Assembly: GCA_965216645.1 (NCBI GenBank)
Contig: CBDCGJ010000007.1
Span: forward strand, 14,150-78,149
DNA: 64,000 nt
Source of the DNA: Alphaproteobacteria bacterium
GTDB taxonomy: Bacteria > Pseudomonadota > Alphaproteobacteria > GCA-2731375
Direction of reading: 5' to 3'
The position numbers and the translations under genes were made by a program. The number at the start of each line of letters is the position of its first letter. Within the stretch, counting starts at the first letter, position 1. Positions 30,679 through 39,835 of this stretch are shown here, piece after piece. The notes under the pieces are model-generated. The model did not search any database, was not told the DNA's origin, and saw only the letters and a program-made list of their open reading frames with translations.

Positions 30679-32038
30679 TGTCGAGAACGCCGTCGGGCCG
30701 CATTTGCCAATCGGGCCGATTGCCGGCAATGCCCAACAGCTGGCGGTGATTGTAAAGAAAGAGCCAAGGCGGATCGTCTTGCAGCAAGCGGTAGCAATGG
30801 CGGAATAGCGCGGCACGGGATTCCTCGGTCACGGTGCTAGCGGCGCGATCGATGAGAGCTTCGACGTCGGCATTGGTGTAGCCTTGCCACCAGGAACCAG
30901 CCCAACGGGAATCGATCTTTTCGCGCAAGACGCGGTAGGTGCTGAGGGGACTCGAATCGAAGACGCAGAGATCGCCGATCTGCTTCTTACGTACGCGATG
31001 GGCGTAATCCAATCGATCTTCATGGTAAGTGACGTTGATCGACACGCCGGCGTCAGAGAGTTGACGGACCAGTTCTTGGCTCAACATTTCGGCTTCGTCC
31101 GGCAGGCTGGTCGGGCTGTCCATCTCCAACGTCAAGCCGGCGAGAACGTCCGTTGCCGCGGACGGTATCTCGGCGGATGGGTCGAAGCCGAAATGCGCGG
31201 GGCTCAAAAACCCGACCAGTGGCTGGCCCGCTCCGTCAAGCACATGATCGACCAGGCGCTCGCGGTCGATCGCCTGGTTGAGGGCGCGTCGAACCGCGGG
31301 TTCTTGCAGGGCCGGCCGGGCGCAATTCAGCAGATAGATGTATGTCGTTGGCGACATATAGGGGAATGCCGTCCAGCCCTTTGTTGCAACGGCGCTCGCC
31401 GGCAGATCGTTGGCGATTTGCACTGCACCGCTCTCGAGTGCGGCGAGACGCTCCTCCGGTGTATCGTAGCAGCGCCAGTGCACGAATTCATGAATGAGCG
31501 GGTCGTCGAAATAACTTTCATTCGCCCGTGCGCGAATGTCTATGCCGTCTTCGACATGCTCCAGGAGATAGGCCCCGCTACCGATGGGTCGCCCGCCGTC
31601 CTCGCTGCCTGGCGCAATAATGTAGCCATAGACGAGGATATCGAGGAGATCAGCCATCGGTGCGGCCAGTTCGATGTCGATTTGGGTCGAGCTCACCGAA
31701 GTAAACACAGCGCCGTTCAAATATTGTGCATAGACACCGGGCGCGCCCAGGGTGACACCCATATCCGGGCGGGACATCCGTTCCAGATTGTAGCAGACCG
31801 CGGCCGCGTCCAGAGGCTCGCCATTGTGAAAGCGCAGGTCCGCATGTAAGTCGAACCGCCAATGACGGGCGTCGTCGCTTACGGACCAGCGGGCCGCCAA
31901 ACCGGGGAGAAATCGGTTGTCGGGACCGCGGCGAACCAAGGTGTCGAAGACGGCTTCAAGAATGCAATGCACGTCGTTCAAATCGGTACAATTATGTGGG
32001 TCGTCGAGACCGACCCGGCGTTGGGCGATGGTGAGCAT
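30653..32038 (-). CDS. Family-5 solute-binding-protein-like protein (SBP_bac_5) lacking a signal peptide
   Basis: 461 aa with SBP_bac_5 architecture (LVRRGPDNRFLPGLAARW...FHNGEP). The N-terminus MLTIAQRRVGL has no hydrophobic signal or TAT motif. Not adjacent to ABC permease/ATPase genes. Confidence 0.65.
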   Translation of the reverse strand: MLTIAQRRVGLDDPHNCTDLNDVHCILEAVFDTLVRRGPDNRFLPGLAARWSVSDDARHWRFDLHADLRFHNGEPLDAAAVCYNLERMSRPDMGVTLGAPGVYAQYLNGAVFTSVSSTQIDIELAAPMADLLDILVYGYIIAPGSEDGGRPIGSGAYLLEHVEDGIDIRARANESYFDDPLIHEFVHWRCYDTPEERLAALESGAVQIANDLPASAVATKGWTAFPYMSPTTYIYLLNCARPALQEPAVRRALNQAIDRERLVDHVLDGAGQPLVGFLSPAHFGFDPSAEIPSAATDVLAGLTLEMDSPTSLPDEAEMLSQELVRQLSDAGVSINVTYHEDRLDYAHRVRKKQIGDLCVFDSSPLSTYRVLREKIDSRWAGSWWQGYTNADVEALIDRAASTVTEESRAALFRHCYRLLQDDPPWLFLYNHRQLLGIAGNRPDWQMRPDGVLDIKSLPAIS

Positions 32039-32114
32039 GGGAATCCTTTGAATGAACTGCGACCCTTTCTATAATGATGACGTCGAATTAAGCAAAACAA
32101 AGGGGATATGGGAG

Positions 32115-32528
32115 ATGACAATAAACTGGAATTACGTCCACAATCGCGCCGCCGAGGCGGAGTGGAAGCCGGGCCTGCGCAAGATTTTCGACTATCGCGA
32201 TCTAGGTATCAAGGACGGCACGCATGGCGATTTCATCGCGCATGTCATCCGCGCCAACGGCAAAAAAGCGGAAGACGATGTCCAGTCCTGGCATTTACAT
32301 GAGTGTACTTTCCAATTCGTCTTTGTGCTCAAGGGTTGGGCCGAGTTCGAGTATGACGGCCAGGGCGTGCGGCGTATTGAAGCCGGCGATTGCATTCTTC
32401 AGACACCGATGTTGAAACATCGGGAGATTGCCTGTTCGGAGGATTTCGAGGTGCTTGAAATCGTGTCGCCGGCGGACTTCGGGACCAAGGTTGTCGATCC
32501 GCCGGAGCAAGCGGACGCGGCGGACTAA
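32115..32528 (+). CDS. Cupin-domain protein
   Basis: Two-histidine cupin motifs (HxH...E...H context: WHLHECTFQFVFVLKGWAEFEYDG, CILQTPMLKHRE). Start at ATG 32115, with AAGGGG/GGGAG upstream. Confidence 0.65.
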   Translation: MTINWNYVHNRAAEAEWKPGLRKIFDYRDLGIKDGTHGDFIAHVIRANGKKAEDDVQSWHLHECTFQFVFVLKGWAEFEYDGQGVRRIEAGDCILQTPMLKHREIACSEDFEVLEIVSPADFGTKVVDPPEQADAAD

Positions 32529-33406
32529 TGACAGAACTGCCGCTCGAACTCGATCATGTCGGCGTCGCCGTTCACGATCTCGACGAGGTCCAGCGGGTCT
32601 ACAGTCGGCTCGGATTCACGCTGACGCCCCGTTCGATCCATGCCGGCAGTTATGAGCCTGGCGGGCCGGTAAAGCCACTGGGTTCCGGTAACAACTGCGC
32701 TATGTTTCAGAGTGGGTATCTCGAGTTGCTCGGTGTCACGGATGCCGGCTTGCCCAATCATGCCACGCCGTTTCTAGAGAAGTATCAGGGCGTGCATATC
32801 GTTGCCTTCGGCCTCAAGGACGCGCCGGCGGCGCGTGAAGTCCTGGCCGACCGTAATCCAGGCGTGCAGCAGATTTCGATGTTGGAACGGGACGCCAGTT
32901 TCGGGCCGGAAGGGGCCGAAACCCGGCGCGCCCGCTTTGCCAACATCTATCTCGACGACGGCGTTATACCGGAAGCCTATTTGATCTTCATCGAGCATTT
33001 GACTAGGGACGTGCTCTGGCAGCCGCACCTATTGGATCATCCGAACGGCGCCGTTGCCATGCAGGAAGTCGTGTTTTGCGCCGACGACCCTGTAGCTGCT
33101 GCCGGACGGCTCTCCCGTCTTCTCGGCACCTCGGCGAGAGGGAAGGCGCCGGAAACCTTGGCAATCGACCTGCCGCGCGGACGGGTCTATGTGATGTCAC
33201 CAGCAGCGCTGGGCGAATGGGCGCCGGGCGCATCGCCTCCCTACTTACCTTGCGTTGCGGGATTCGGTGTCACCGTCAGCGACTTGTCGCAAACGCGTTC
33301 TTATTTGGATAAGCAAGATATTGCTTTTCGGACACTTCCATACCCGGCCATACAATTGGATCCGGAAGTGACAATGGGACCGATCATTTCATTCATTCAA
33401 GCTTAG
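32528..33406 (+). CDS. VOC-family (glyoxalase/bleomycin-resistance/extradiol-dioxygenase fold) protein, two-module
   Basis: 292 aa. N-terminal LDHVGVAVHDLDE and a second VOC module. The start overlaps the cupin stop. Confidence 0.65.
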   Translation: MTELPLELDHVGVAVHDLDEVQRVYSRLGFTLTPRSIHAGSYEPGGPVKPLGSGNNCAMFQSGYLELLGVTDAGLPNHATPFLEKYQGVHIVAFGLKDAPAAREVLADRNPGVQQISMLERDASFGPEGAETRRARFANIYLDDGVIPEAYLIFIEHLTRDVLWQPHLLDHPNGAVAMQEVVFCADDPVAAAGRLSRLLGTSARGKAPETLAIDLPRGRVYVMSPAALGEWAPGASPPYLPCVAGFGVTVSDLSQTRSYLDKQDIAFRTLPYPAIQLDPEVTMGPIISFIQA

Positions 33407-33455
33407 TTTTTATGTGGCAAGCTTAAGATTTTTATGTGGATTGCGGCTGATTTCG

Positions 33456-33869
33456 ATGACAAATGATTACCGAGTTTCGACCGATCGGGAGGAAATGGAT
33501 TTGGATTTCATTTCCGACTATCTAAAAAACGCCTACTGGTCTCCTAACCGGTCGCGCGAGGTCATCGCGAAATCGATCCAGAATTCAGATTGCTTTGGCA
33601 TTTTCTTTCGAGATCGTCAGGTGGCGTTTGCCCGGGTCGTCAGCGACCGCGCAACGTTCGGATATATCTGCGACGTCTTTGTCATCGATGCGCATCAAGG
33701 GAAGGGCCTATCGAAATGGCTGATGCGTGAAATTATGGGCGACCCGGCATATGACACGTTAAAACGCTGGACATTGCGTACGCGAGACGCGCACGGACTT
33801 TATAGCCAATTCGGTTTTCGCCCAACAAGCAGCCCAGAAAGGGAAATGGAATATCGCCCAGGTTGGTGA
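33456..33869 (+). CDS. GNAT-family N-acetyltransferase
   Basis: 137 aa with GNAT motif A (HQGKGLSKWLMREIM) and a C-terminal GFRP motif. Confidence 0.75.
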   Translation: MTNDYRVSTDREEMDLDFISDYLKNAYWSPNRSREVIAKSIQNSDCFGIFFRDRQVAFARVVSDRATFGYICDVFVIDAHQGKGLSKWLMREIMGDPAYDTLKRWTLRTRDAHGLYSQFGFRPTSSPEREMEYRPGW

Positions 33870-34005
33870 CGAGTTTCCGCATTGGACACGATGCGAAGCG
33901 ATTTTCGCATGTATGAGACGGTCGGTTAATTTTTTGCGGTGAAAACAAGAACGTTGTTACATTACTGGGGTCGGGTTGTTGACGTTAGTTCCGGGGATTG
34001 AAGAT

Positions 34006-34638
34006 ATGCGGTGTTTTAGACTCTTGATCTTCTTGATTGCGGCATTTGTGTCGACTATCGCAACATCCCCGATGTCAGCTGCCGGTGCGAAGGGCGAAGC
34101 GGAAATAAAGCCGACGAAGTCTGGCGATCCTAACGAACTGACGATGACCGTGGCAAAATTCAGGAGCGACGGTAAATCGCTGGGCATGACGCTGACCGCA
34201 AGCGGCGACGTGGTCGGTTATTTGAAATCCAATATGGCGGATCGGGTCGTCACGTTGGCGATCGACACCGACAACGACGCCGCCACCGGCGGCAAACCGT
34301 TCGGCGCCAAGCAAGGCGGTTTCGAGGTAAAAGCGGACGTTTTTATCTGCAAGGAATTTGACGGCGGTTCGGTTTGCGCCGGCGATGTGCCGGGTAAGAA
34401 TATTTCCGGCCATCGTAGCGAAATCGAACCGCAACTCTGGTTCGCGGCGAGAAAACGATACAAGTCGGTCCATCCCTTGTCCTGGAAAGGTGGCCGTGGT
34501 CGCATCGACGGCGCGAAAATCGACGTCGCGCTCAGTTACGCGGATATCGGCGTTAAGCCAGGCGATACCGTGCGGATCAAATTATTGACCGGGTTTAAGG
34601 GCGGACGTTTCGACGACCTGACCCTGATCTTGAACTAA
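34006..34638 (+). CDS. Exported hypothetical protein
   Basis: Signal peptide MRCFRLLIFLIAAFVSTIATSPMSAAGA. A Gly/Thr/Asp-rich likely beta-rich body of 210 aa with no assignable family. Confidence 0.5.
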   Translation: MRCFRLLIFLIAAFVSTIATSPMSAAGAKGEAEIKPTKSGDPNELTMTVAKFRSDGKSLGMTLTASGDVVGYLKSNMADRVVTLAIDTDNDAATGGKPFGAKQGGFEVKADVFICKEFDGGSVCAGDVPGKNISGHRSEIEPQLWFAARKRYKSVHPLSWKGGRGRIDGAKIDVALSYADIGVKPGDTVRIKLLTGFKGGRFDDLTLILN

Positions 34639-35225
34639 GAGGCCTTGAGGGCATCTTCAACGAAATCCAGCCGGTCCTTGCCCCAGAACATCTCATCCCC
34701 GACGAAGAACATCGGCGCGCCAAACGCGCCGCGCGCGATGCCGTTGTCGGTAACTTGCGCCAATTGACCGCGGATATCGTCGCGGTCCGCCGCCGCCAGA
34801 AAACCGCCGCCATGTTCGTCGAGGCCTGTGACAATTTCCGCCAGCACATCGGGCGACGCAATGTCGGCGTCATCGATCCAATAAGCCTGCATGACCGCTT
34901 GGATGTAGGCGGTTTCCTTGTTCGCCCGACGCATGACCAAGCTGCCGCGAAGGGCCAGGGACGTCTTGATCGGGAAGCGGCTGGGCTTATTGAACGGTAG
35001 CCCGGTCTTTTCCGACCAACGCAAATGATCCTGCCAGAGATAGGATAGTTTTTCGTCGCCGTGATCCCGCATGACGTCGTGACCGCGGCGGCGAAACACG
35101 GTGCCGAGGTGATAAGGATGCCAGCGTAACTCGGCGCCGATCCGCCGACACATCTCCGGCGCCAGAAAGGCCGCGAAATACGCATTGGTCGACGAAAAGT
35201 CGTAAAAGAGTTCGAGTGGCTTCAT
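34635..35225 (-). CDS. 2-hydroxychromene-2-carboxylate isomerase-family protein (DsbA-like thioredoxin fold)
   Basis: 196 aa from MKPLELFYDFSSTNAYFA, with a C-terminal FFVGDEMFWGKDRLDF motif typical of HCCA isomerase/DsbA-like proteins. Confidence 0.7.
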   Translation of the reverse strand: MKPLELFYDFSSTNAYFAAFLAPEMCRRIGAELRWHPYHLGTVFRRRGHDVMRDHGDEKLSYLWQDHLRWSEKTGLPFNKPSRFPIKTSLALRGSLVMRRANKETAYIQAVMQAYWIDDADIASPDVLAEIVTGLDEHGGGFLAAADRDDIRGQLAQVTDNGIARGAFGAPMFFVGDEMFWGKDRLDFVEDALKAS

Positions 35226-35302
35226 GAATTCACTGTTTTTCGGACCGCCGCCATTCCGGCACACATATTGTTGGCTCGGAATGACGGCAACAATTGTCGA
35301 AC

Positions 35303-36073
35303 CTAGTAACCGATATGCGCCCCACCGTCGATGGAGAGGTGTTGGCCGGTAATGTAGCTGGCGGCGTCGGAGAGCAGAAAGCACACGCCCTTCACGACCT
35401 CTTCCGGGGTCGAGAAACGTTGCAGCACGATCGGCGCCATGGCGCCGTCGCGGAACTTCGGTCCGCGAATGGTCTCAGTCATTTCGGTTTCGACCACGCC
35501 GAAGCAAACGCTGTTCGTGCGGATGCCATAGCGGCCCCATTCCTTCGCGGCACTCATGGTGATACCGAGCACACCGGCCTTGGCGGCGCCATAGTTGATC
35601 TGACCGATCGTGCCGCGGCGTCCGGCGATGGACGAGACGTTGACGATCGCGCCGGGGCTGTCGTCACCGTCCTTGGCGCGTTCGATCATGTGGCGACCGA
35701 CCGCTTGCAGACAAAGATACACGCCGGTCAAATTGACATCGATGACCTGCTGCCAAACCTCGAACGACATTTTATGGATCATCGCCGCGCGGACAATACC
35801 GGCATTGTTCATGAGGCCGTGGATGGCGCCGTGCTTGGCTACCGCGCCATTGATGAAGTCTTGGACAAATCCGGGGTCGGCGACATTACCGGCCGTTGCG
35901 TCGGCCGCGTCGCCCAGAGAATCGGCGACAGCCTGCAGTTTATCTTCTTGAATGTCGGTCAGGATCGCTTTGCCGCCTAGATCGACGACCAAGCGGGCCG
36001 TCGCTTCGCCAATGCCTTGGCCTGCGCCCGTAATGACGATATTGCGCCCTTCCAGGCTCATGGGATTGATCAT
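35303..36073 (-). CDS. SDR-family oxidoreductase
   Basis: TGAGQGIG cofactor motif, NNAG, and the S...YxxxK catalytic triad (YGAAK), 256 aa. Confidence 0.85.
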   Translation of the reverse strand: MINPMSLEGRNIVITGAGQGIGEATARLVVDLGGKAILTDIQEDKLQAVADSLGDAADATAGNVADPGFVQDFINGAVAKHGAIHGLMNNAGIVRAAMIHKMSFEVWQQVIDVNLTGVYLCLQAVGRHMIERAKDGDDSPGAIVNVSSIAGRRGTIGQINYGAAKAGVLGITMSAAKEWGRYGIRTNSVCFGVVETEMTETIRGPKFRDGAMAPIVLQRFSTPEEVVKGVCFLLSDAASYITGQHLSIDGGAHIGY

Positions 36074-36267
36074 TTTTTACTCGCTTTCCTTTCGCTGTCG
36101 AACAGCATTAATGGCTGAAATCTGAGATCGGTCGGCTTTATTAGCGAGTTGGACGGCCTGTCACAACCGCAACGTTCGAGAATTCTGAAATTTTAGGCTT
36201 GGATAATATTAGGTCCGCGATAGGATGACCGCGGTTAGACCGTCTGTATTTAGTTTCACCTGCGACA

Positions 36268-36279
36268 AATTGTACAATT
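36268..36279. promoter_or_regulatory. Perfect 12-bp palindrome AATTGTACAATT about 100 bp upstream of ccoN (candidate operator)
   Basis: Self-complementary dodecamer located in the 300-bp ccoN upstream region. No canonical FNR/FixK TTGAT-N4-ATCAA box is present there. Confidence 0.3.
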
Positions 36280-36380
36280 GCCCACAGGTGGGGGTTGTAG
36301 AGTAAACGTCGTTAGCATACGAGCGAATTTGATTTTGGAGCGACTAAGGTCGCTTGGGGCCGTATTGGAGGATCAGCAAG

Positions 36381-37997
36381 ATGACGGATGTCGGGGCACC
36401 AAAAGGCGGTGGGACGATCGATTGGGTGGTTGGTGGTCTATTTGGTATCGGTGCTCTACTTTGCGCCTTCGTGGCGTCGAAAGCCGTCGATGGTGTCATG
36501 GCGTTTCACGCCGGCTTGCTGGCGCTGTTTTTCCTTGTCGGTATTTTCCTGTTGATACGCGGCTGGGATGACGATGACGGGAAGTACAACGACAAGATCG
36601 TCAAATTCGCGCTCGTCGCATCGGTATTCTGGGGTGTGGTCGGTCTTTTAGTCGGCGTTGTTATCGCCGGACAGCTGGCGTATCCGGCGCTGAATTTCGA
36701 TCTGCCCTTTACAAGTTTCGGCCGGCTACGGCCCTTGCATACCTCGGCGGTGATTTTTGCCTTCGGCGGCAATGTCCTGTTGACCACGAGTTTCTACGTC
36801 GTGCAACGCACTTGCGGTGCCCGGATTGCGGGTCGGATCGCGCCCTGGTTCGTATTCTGGGGCTACAACATGTTCATTGTCCTTGCCGCCACCGGCTACT
36901 TGCTAGGCGTCACGCAGGGTAAGGAATATGCGGAGCCGGAATGGTATGTCGACCTTTGGCTGACCATCGTTTGGGTGGTTTATCTGCTGGTTTACCTGGC
37001 GACCCTGTGGAAGCGGGAAGAGCCGCATATCTACGTCGCCAATTGGTTCTATCTGGCCTTCATCGTGACGGTCGCCGTTCTGCATCTGGGCAACAACGCG
37101 ACCATACCGGTTTCAATCTTCGGCACCAAGAGCTATATCCTCTGGGCCGGCGTCCAGGACGCAATGATCCAATGGTGGTATGGCCACAACGCGGTCGGCT
37201 TCTTCCTGACCGCCGGCTTTCTTGGAATCATGTATTACTTCGTGCCGAAGCGGGTGGAGCGGCCGGTTTACAGCTACCGGCTATCGATCATCCACTTCTG
37301 GGCCCTGGTCTTTATGTATATCTGGGCCGGCCCGCACCATCTTCACTACACCGCACTGCCGGATTGGGCGCAGACCCTGGGCATGACTTTTTCAATCATG
37401 CTGTGGATGCCCAGTTGGGGTGGCATGATCAACGGCCTGATGACTTTGTCCGGCGCCTGGGACAAGCTGCGCACCGATCCGGTGTTGCGCATCATGGTCG
37501 CCTCCATCGCCTTCTATGGCATGAGTACCTTCGAAGGTCCGATGATGTCGATCAAGGCAGTGAATTCGCTGAGCCACTATACCGACTGGACCATCGGCCA
37601 CGTCCATTCGGGCGCGCTTGGTTGGGTCGGCATGGTCAGCTTCGGTGCGATCTATTTCCTGGCACCGAAACTGTGGGGCCGTAAGGAGCTTTACAGCCTA
37701 CGCTTGGTCAATTGGCACTTCTGGCTCGCCACCATCGGTATTGTCATCTACGCCTCGGCCATGTGGGTCAGCGGCATCATGGAAGGATTGATGTGGCGCG
37801 CCTATGACGAGCTCGGCTTTCTGCAATACAGCTTTGCCGAATCCGTTGAAGCGAAGCATCCGTTGAACGTGCTTCGGGTCCTGGGCGGTGCCGTCTATCT
37901 GCTGGGTGCACTGTTGATGGCCTACAACGTCTGGTGCACGGCCCGCGGTAAGGAAGCGGCGACGCCGGCTCCCGCCGTGCAGACGCAGCAAGCTTAA
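36381..37997 (+). CDS. ccoN: cbb3-type cytochrome c oxidase subunit I
   Basis: 12-TM heme-copper oxidase subunit I with conserved His ligands. Start at ATG 36381 after GGAGG. Followed by ccoO, ccoQ and ccoP. Confidence 0.95.
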   Translation: MTDVGAPKGGGTIDWVVGGLFGIGALLCAFVASKAVDGVMAFHAGLLALFFLVGIFLLIRGWDDDDGKYNDKIVKFALVASVFWGVVGLLVGVVIAGQLAYPALNFDLPFTSFGRLRPLHTSAVIFAFGGNVLLTTSFYVVQRTCGARIAGRIAPWFVFWGYNMFIVLAATGYLLGVTQGKEYAEPEWYVDLWLTIVWVVYLLVYLATLWKREEPHIYVANWFYLAFIVTVAVLHLGNNATIPVSIFGTKSYILWAGVQDAMIQWWYGHNAVGFFLTAGFLGIMYYFVPKRVERPVYSYRLSIIHFWALVFMYIWAGPHHLHYTALPDWAQTLGMTFSIMLWMPSWGGMINGLMTLSGAWDKLRTDPVLRIMVASIAFYGMSTFEGPMMSIKAVNSLSHYTDWTIGHVHSGALGWVGMVSFGAIYFLAPKLWGRKELYSLRLVNWHFWLATIGIVIYASAMWVSGIMEGLMWRAYDELGFLQYSFAESVEAKHPLNVLRVLGGAVYLLGALLMAYNVWCTARGKEAATPAPAVQTQQA

Positions 37998-38013
37998 GGG
38001 GAGGGTGTCCGAT

Positions 38014-38757
38014 ATGAGCAGCATGTTCGATCGCCATAAGGTCTTTGAGAAGAACTCGATTCTGTTGGTCATCGGTATTGTGATTGTCGTGGCCATTGGC
38101 GGCATCGTCGAGATCATCCCGCTCTTCTACCTCGAGACGACGATCGAGAAGGTCAGCGGCGTACGGCCTTACACGCCCTTGGAACTGGCGGGCCGGAACA
38201 TCTATGTCCGTGAAGGGTGCTACAACTGTCACAGTCAAATGGTACGACCGTTCCGCGACGAGGTGGAGCGCTACGGCCCTTATTCGCTGGCGGCGGAGAG
38301 TATGTACGACCGGCCGTTCCAGTGGGGCTCAAAGAGGACGGGGCCGGACCTGGCCCGGGTCGGTGGCCGTTACTCGGACGAATGGCATGTCACCCATATG
38401 ATCGATCCGCGTTCCTTGGTGCCGGAATCGATCATGCCCGGCTATCCATGGCTCGCCGCCAACGACCTGCGGGCGCCGGAGATCGCCAGTCAACTGTCGG
38501 TGCAGTCGATTTACGGCGTGCCCTATAGCGAGGAAATGATCGCCAAGGCCAAGCAGGATCTGCTGGCGCAAGCCAGCGACCCGGACAGCGATGAAGCGGA
38601 GCAGTTGCAAGCCCGCTATCCCGGCGCGTTGGTGCGCGATTTCGACGGCAACCCCAACCGCCTGACTGAGATGGACGCCATGGTGGCTTATTTGCAAGTG
38701 CTCGGCACCATGGTCGACTTCTCGAGCTTCAAGGCCGAAGGCGACATTTTGAGGTAG
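38014..38757 (+). CDS. ccoO: cbb3-type cytochrome c oxidase subunit II (mono-haem c)
   Basis: N-terminal TM segment plus the CYNCHS haem-binding motif. Start at ATG 38014 with GGAGG 9 nt upstream. Confidence 0.95.
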   Translation: MSSMFDRHKVFEKNSILLVIGIVIVVAIGGIVEIIPLFYLETTIEKVSGVRPYTPLELAGRNIYVREGCYNCHSQMVRPFRDEVERYGPYSLAAESMYDRPFQWGSKRTGPDLARVGGRYSDEWHVTHMIDPRSLVPESIMPGYPWLAANDLRAPEIASQLSVQSIYGVPYSEEMIAKAKQDLLAQASDPDSDEAEQLQARYPGALVRDFDGNPNRLTEMDAMVAYLQVLGTMVDFSSFKAEGDILR

Positions 38758-38766
38758 GAGGCAGCC

Positions 38767-38916
38767 ATGGATTACGAAACAATTCGCGCCAGCGTCGGCA
38801 CTTGGGGGTTGGTCTATTTCGTTCTGCTGTTCCTCGGCGTGGTGTTCTTCACCTTCCGACCGGGTTCGAAGAAAAAATATGACGAGGCGGCGGAATTGCC
38901 GCTGAAACGCGATTGA
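38767..38916 (+). CDS. ccoQ: cbb3-type cytochrome c oxidase subunit CcoQ (small membrane subunit)
   Basis: 49-aa ORF absent from the ORF track (under 60 aa): MDYETIRASVGTWGLVYFVLLFLGVVFFTFRPGSKKKYDEAAELPLKRD. Single TM, canonical position between ccoO and ccoP. Confidence 0.75.
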   Translation: MDYETIRASVGTWGLVYFVLLFLGVVFFTFRPGSKKKYDEAAELPLKRD

Positions 38917-38925
38917 GGCCCTGTT

Positions 38926-39798
38926 ATGGCGACAAATATCGAAACTGACGAAATCAGCGGTACCGAAACCACCGGACATGTCTGGGACGGCATCAAGGAA
39001 TTGAACACGCCGCTGCCGCGTTGGTGGTTGTGGATTTTTTACGCCACCATCGTCTGGTCGATCGGATACTGGATTGCCTATCCGACATTTCCGCTGATCT
39101 CGAGCTACACGAAGGGCGTGCTCGGTTATTCCTCGCGCGGCGAGTTGGCCGAGGAAATGACGGCGGCGCGGGCGGCACAGGCAGAAAGACTTGAGAAAAT
39201 CGCGGCCATGTCGCTGGAGGACATCCGCGAAGATGCCAACTTGATGGCATTCGCCGTGGCTGGCGGCCGATCGGCGTTCGCGGTGAATTGCTCGCAATGT
39301 CACGGCTCCGGTGCCGCGGGCGCGCCGGGCTACCCAAATCTCAATGACGATCATTGGCTTTGGGGTGGCAGCATGGCCGACATCTACGCGACGATCGCCT
39401 ATGGCATCCGCGACGAGGGCAATGAGGAAACGCGGTTATCCGAGATGCCGAAATTCCTCACCGACGAGGTGTTGGACCGGGAGCAGATCGCGCAAGTCAC
39501 CGAGTTCGTGCTATCGCTCTCGAATTCCGATCATGATGCCGCTTTGGCCGGCAAGGGCGCACCGCTGTATGAAGAGAATTGCGCGGCTTGTCACGGCGCC
39601 AATGGCGAGGGCGATCGGGAGCAGGGTGCGCCGCGATTAAGCGATCAAATCTGGCTTTACGGCGGCGACCGGGAGACAGTTACGCAGACGATTTCCAATT
39701 CTCGATACGGCGTTATGCCGGCCTGGGCCGGCCGTTTGGACGATGCGACGCTCAAACAACTGACGCTCTATGTACATTCGCTTGGCGGCGGGGAGTAG
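38926..39798 (+). CDS. ccoP: cbb3-type cytochrome c oxidase subunit III (di-haem c)
   Basis: N-terminal TM segment and two CxxCH motifs (CSQCHG, CAACHG). Confidence 0.95.
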   Translation: MATNIETDEISGTETTGHVWDGIKELNTPLPRWWLWIFYATIVWSIGYWIAYPTFPLISSYTKGVLGYSSRGELAEEMTAARAAQAERLEKIAAMSLEDIREDANLMAFAVAGGRSAFAVNCSQCHGSGAAGAPGYPNLNDDHWLWGGSMADIYATIAYGIRDEGNEETRLSEMPKFLTDEVLDREQIAQVTEFVLSLSNSDHDAALAGKGAPLYEENCAACHGANGEGDREQGAPRLSDQIWLYGGDRETVTQTISNSRYGVMPAWAGRLDDATLKQLTLYVHSLGGGE

Positions 39799-39835
39799 GG
39801 CGACCGCCAAGCGCTGAAACCGCAGGGGAAAACAG

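Noticed and set aside
30884-31849. 321-aa plus-strand ORF antisense to the SBP-like gene, and the 253-aa minus ORF 30055..30816 antisense to the P450
   Set aside because: Both overlap strongly supported genes and lack homology.
38329-39354. 341-aa minus-strand ORF antisense to ccoO/ccoP
   Set aside because: Spurious GC-frame ORF opposite two well-supported cco genes.
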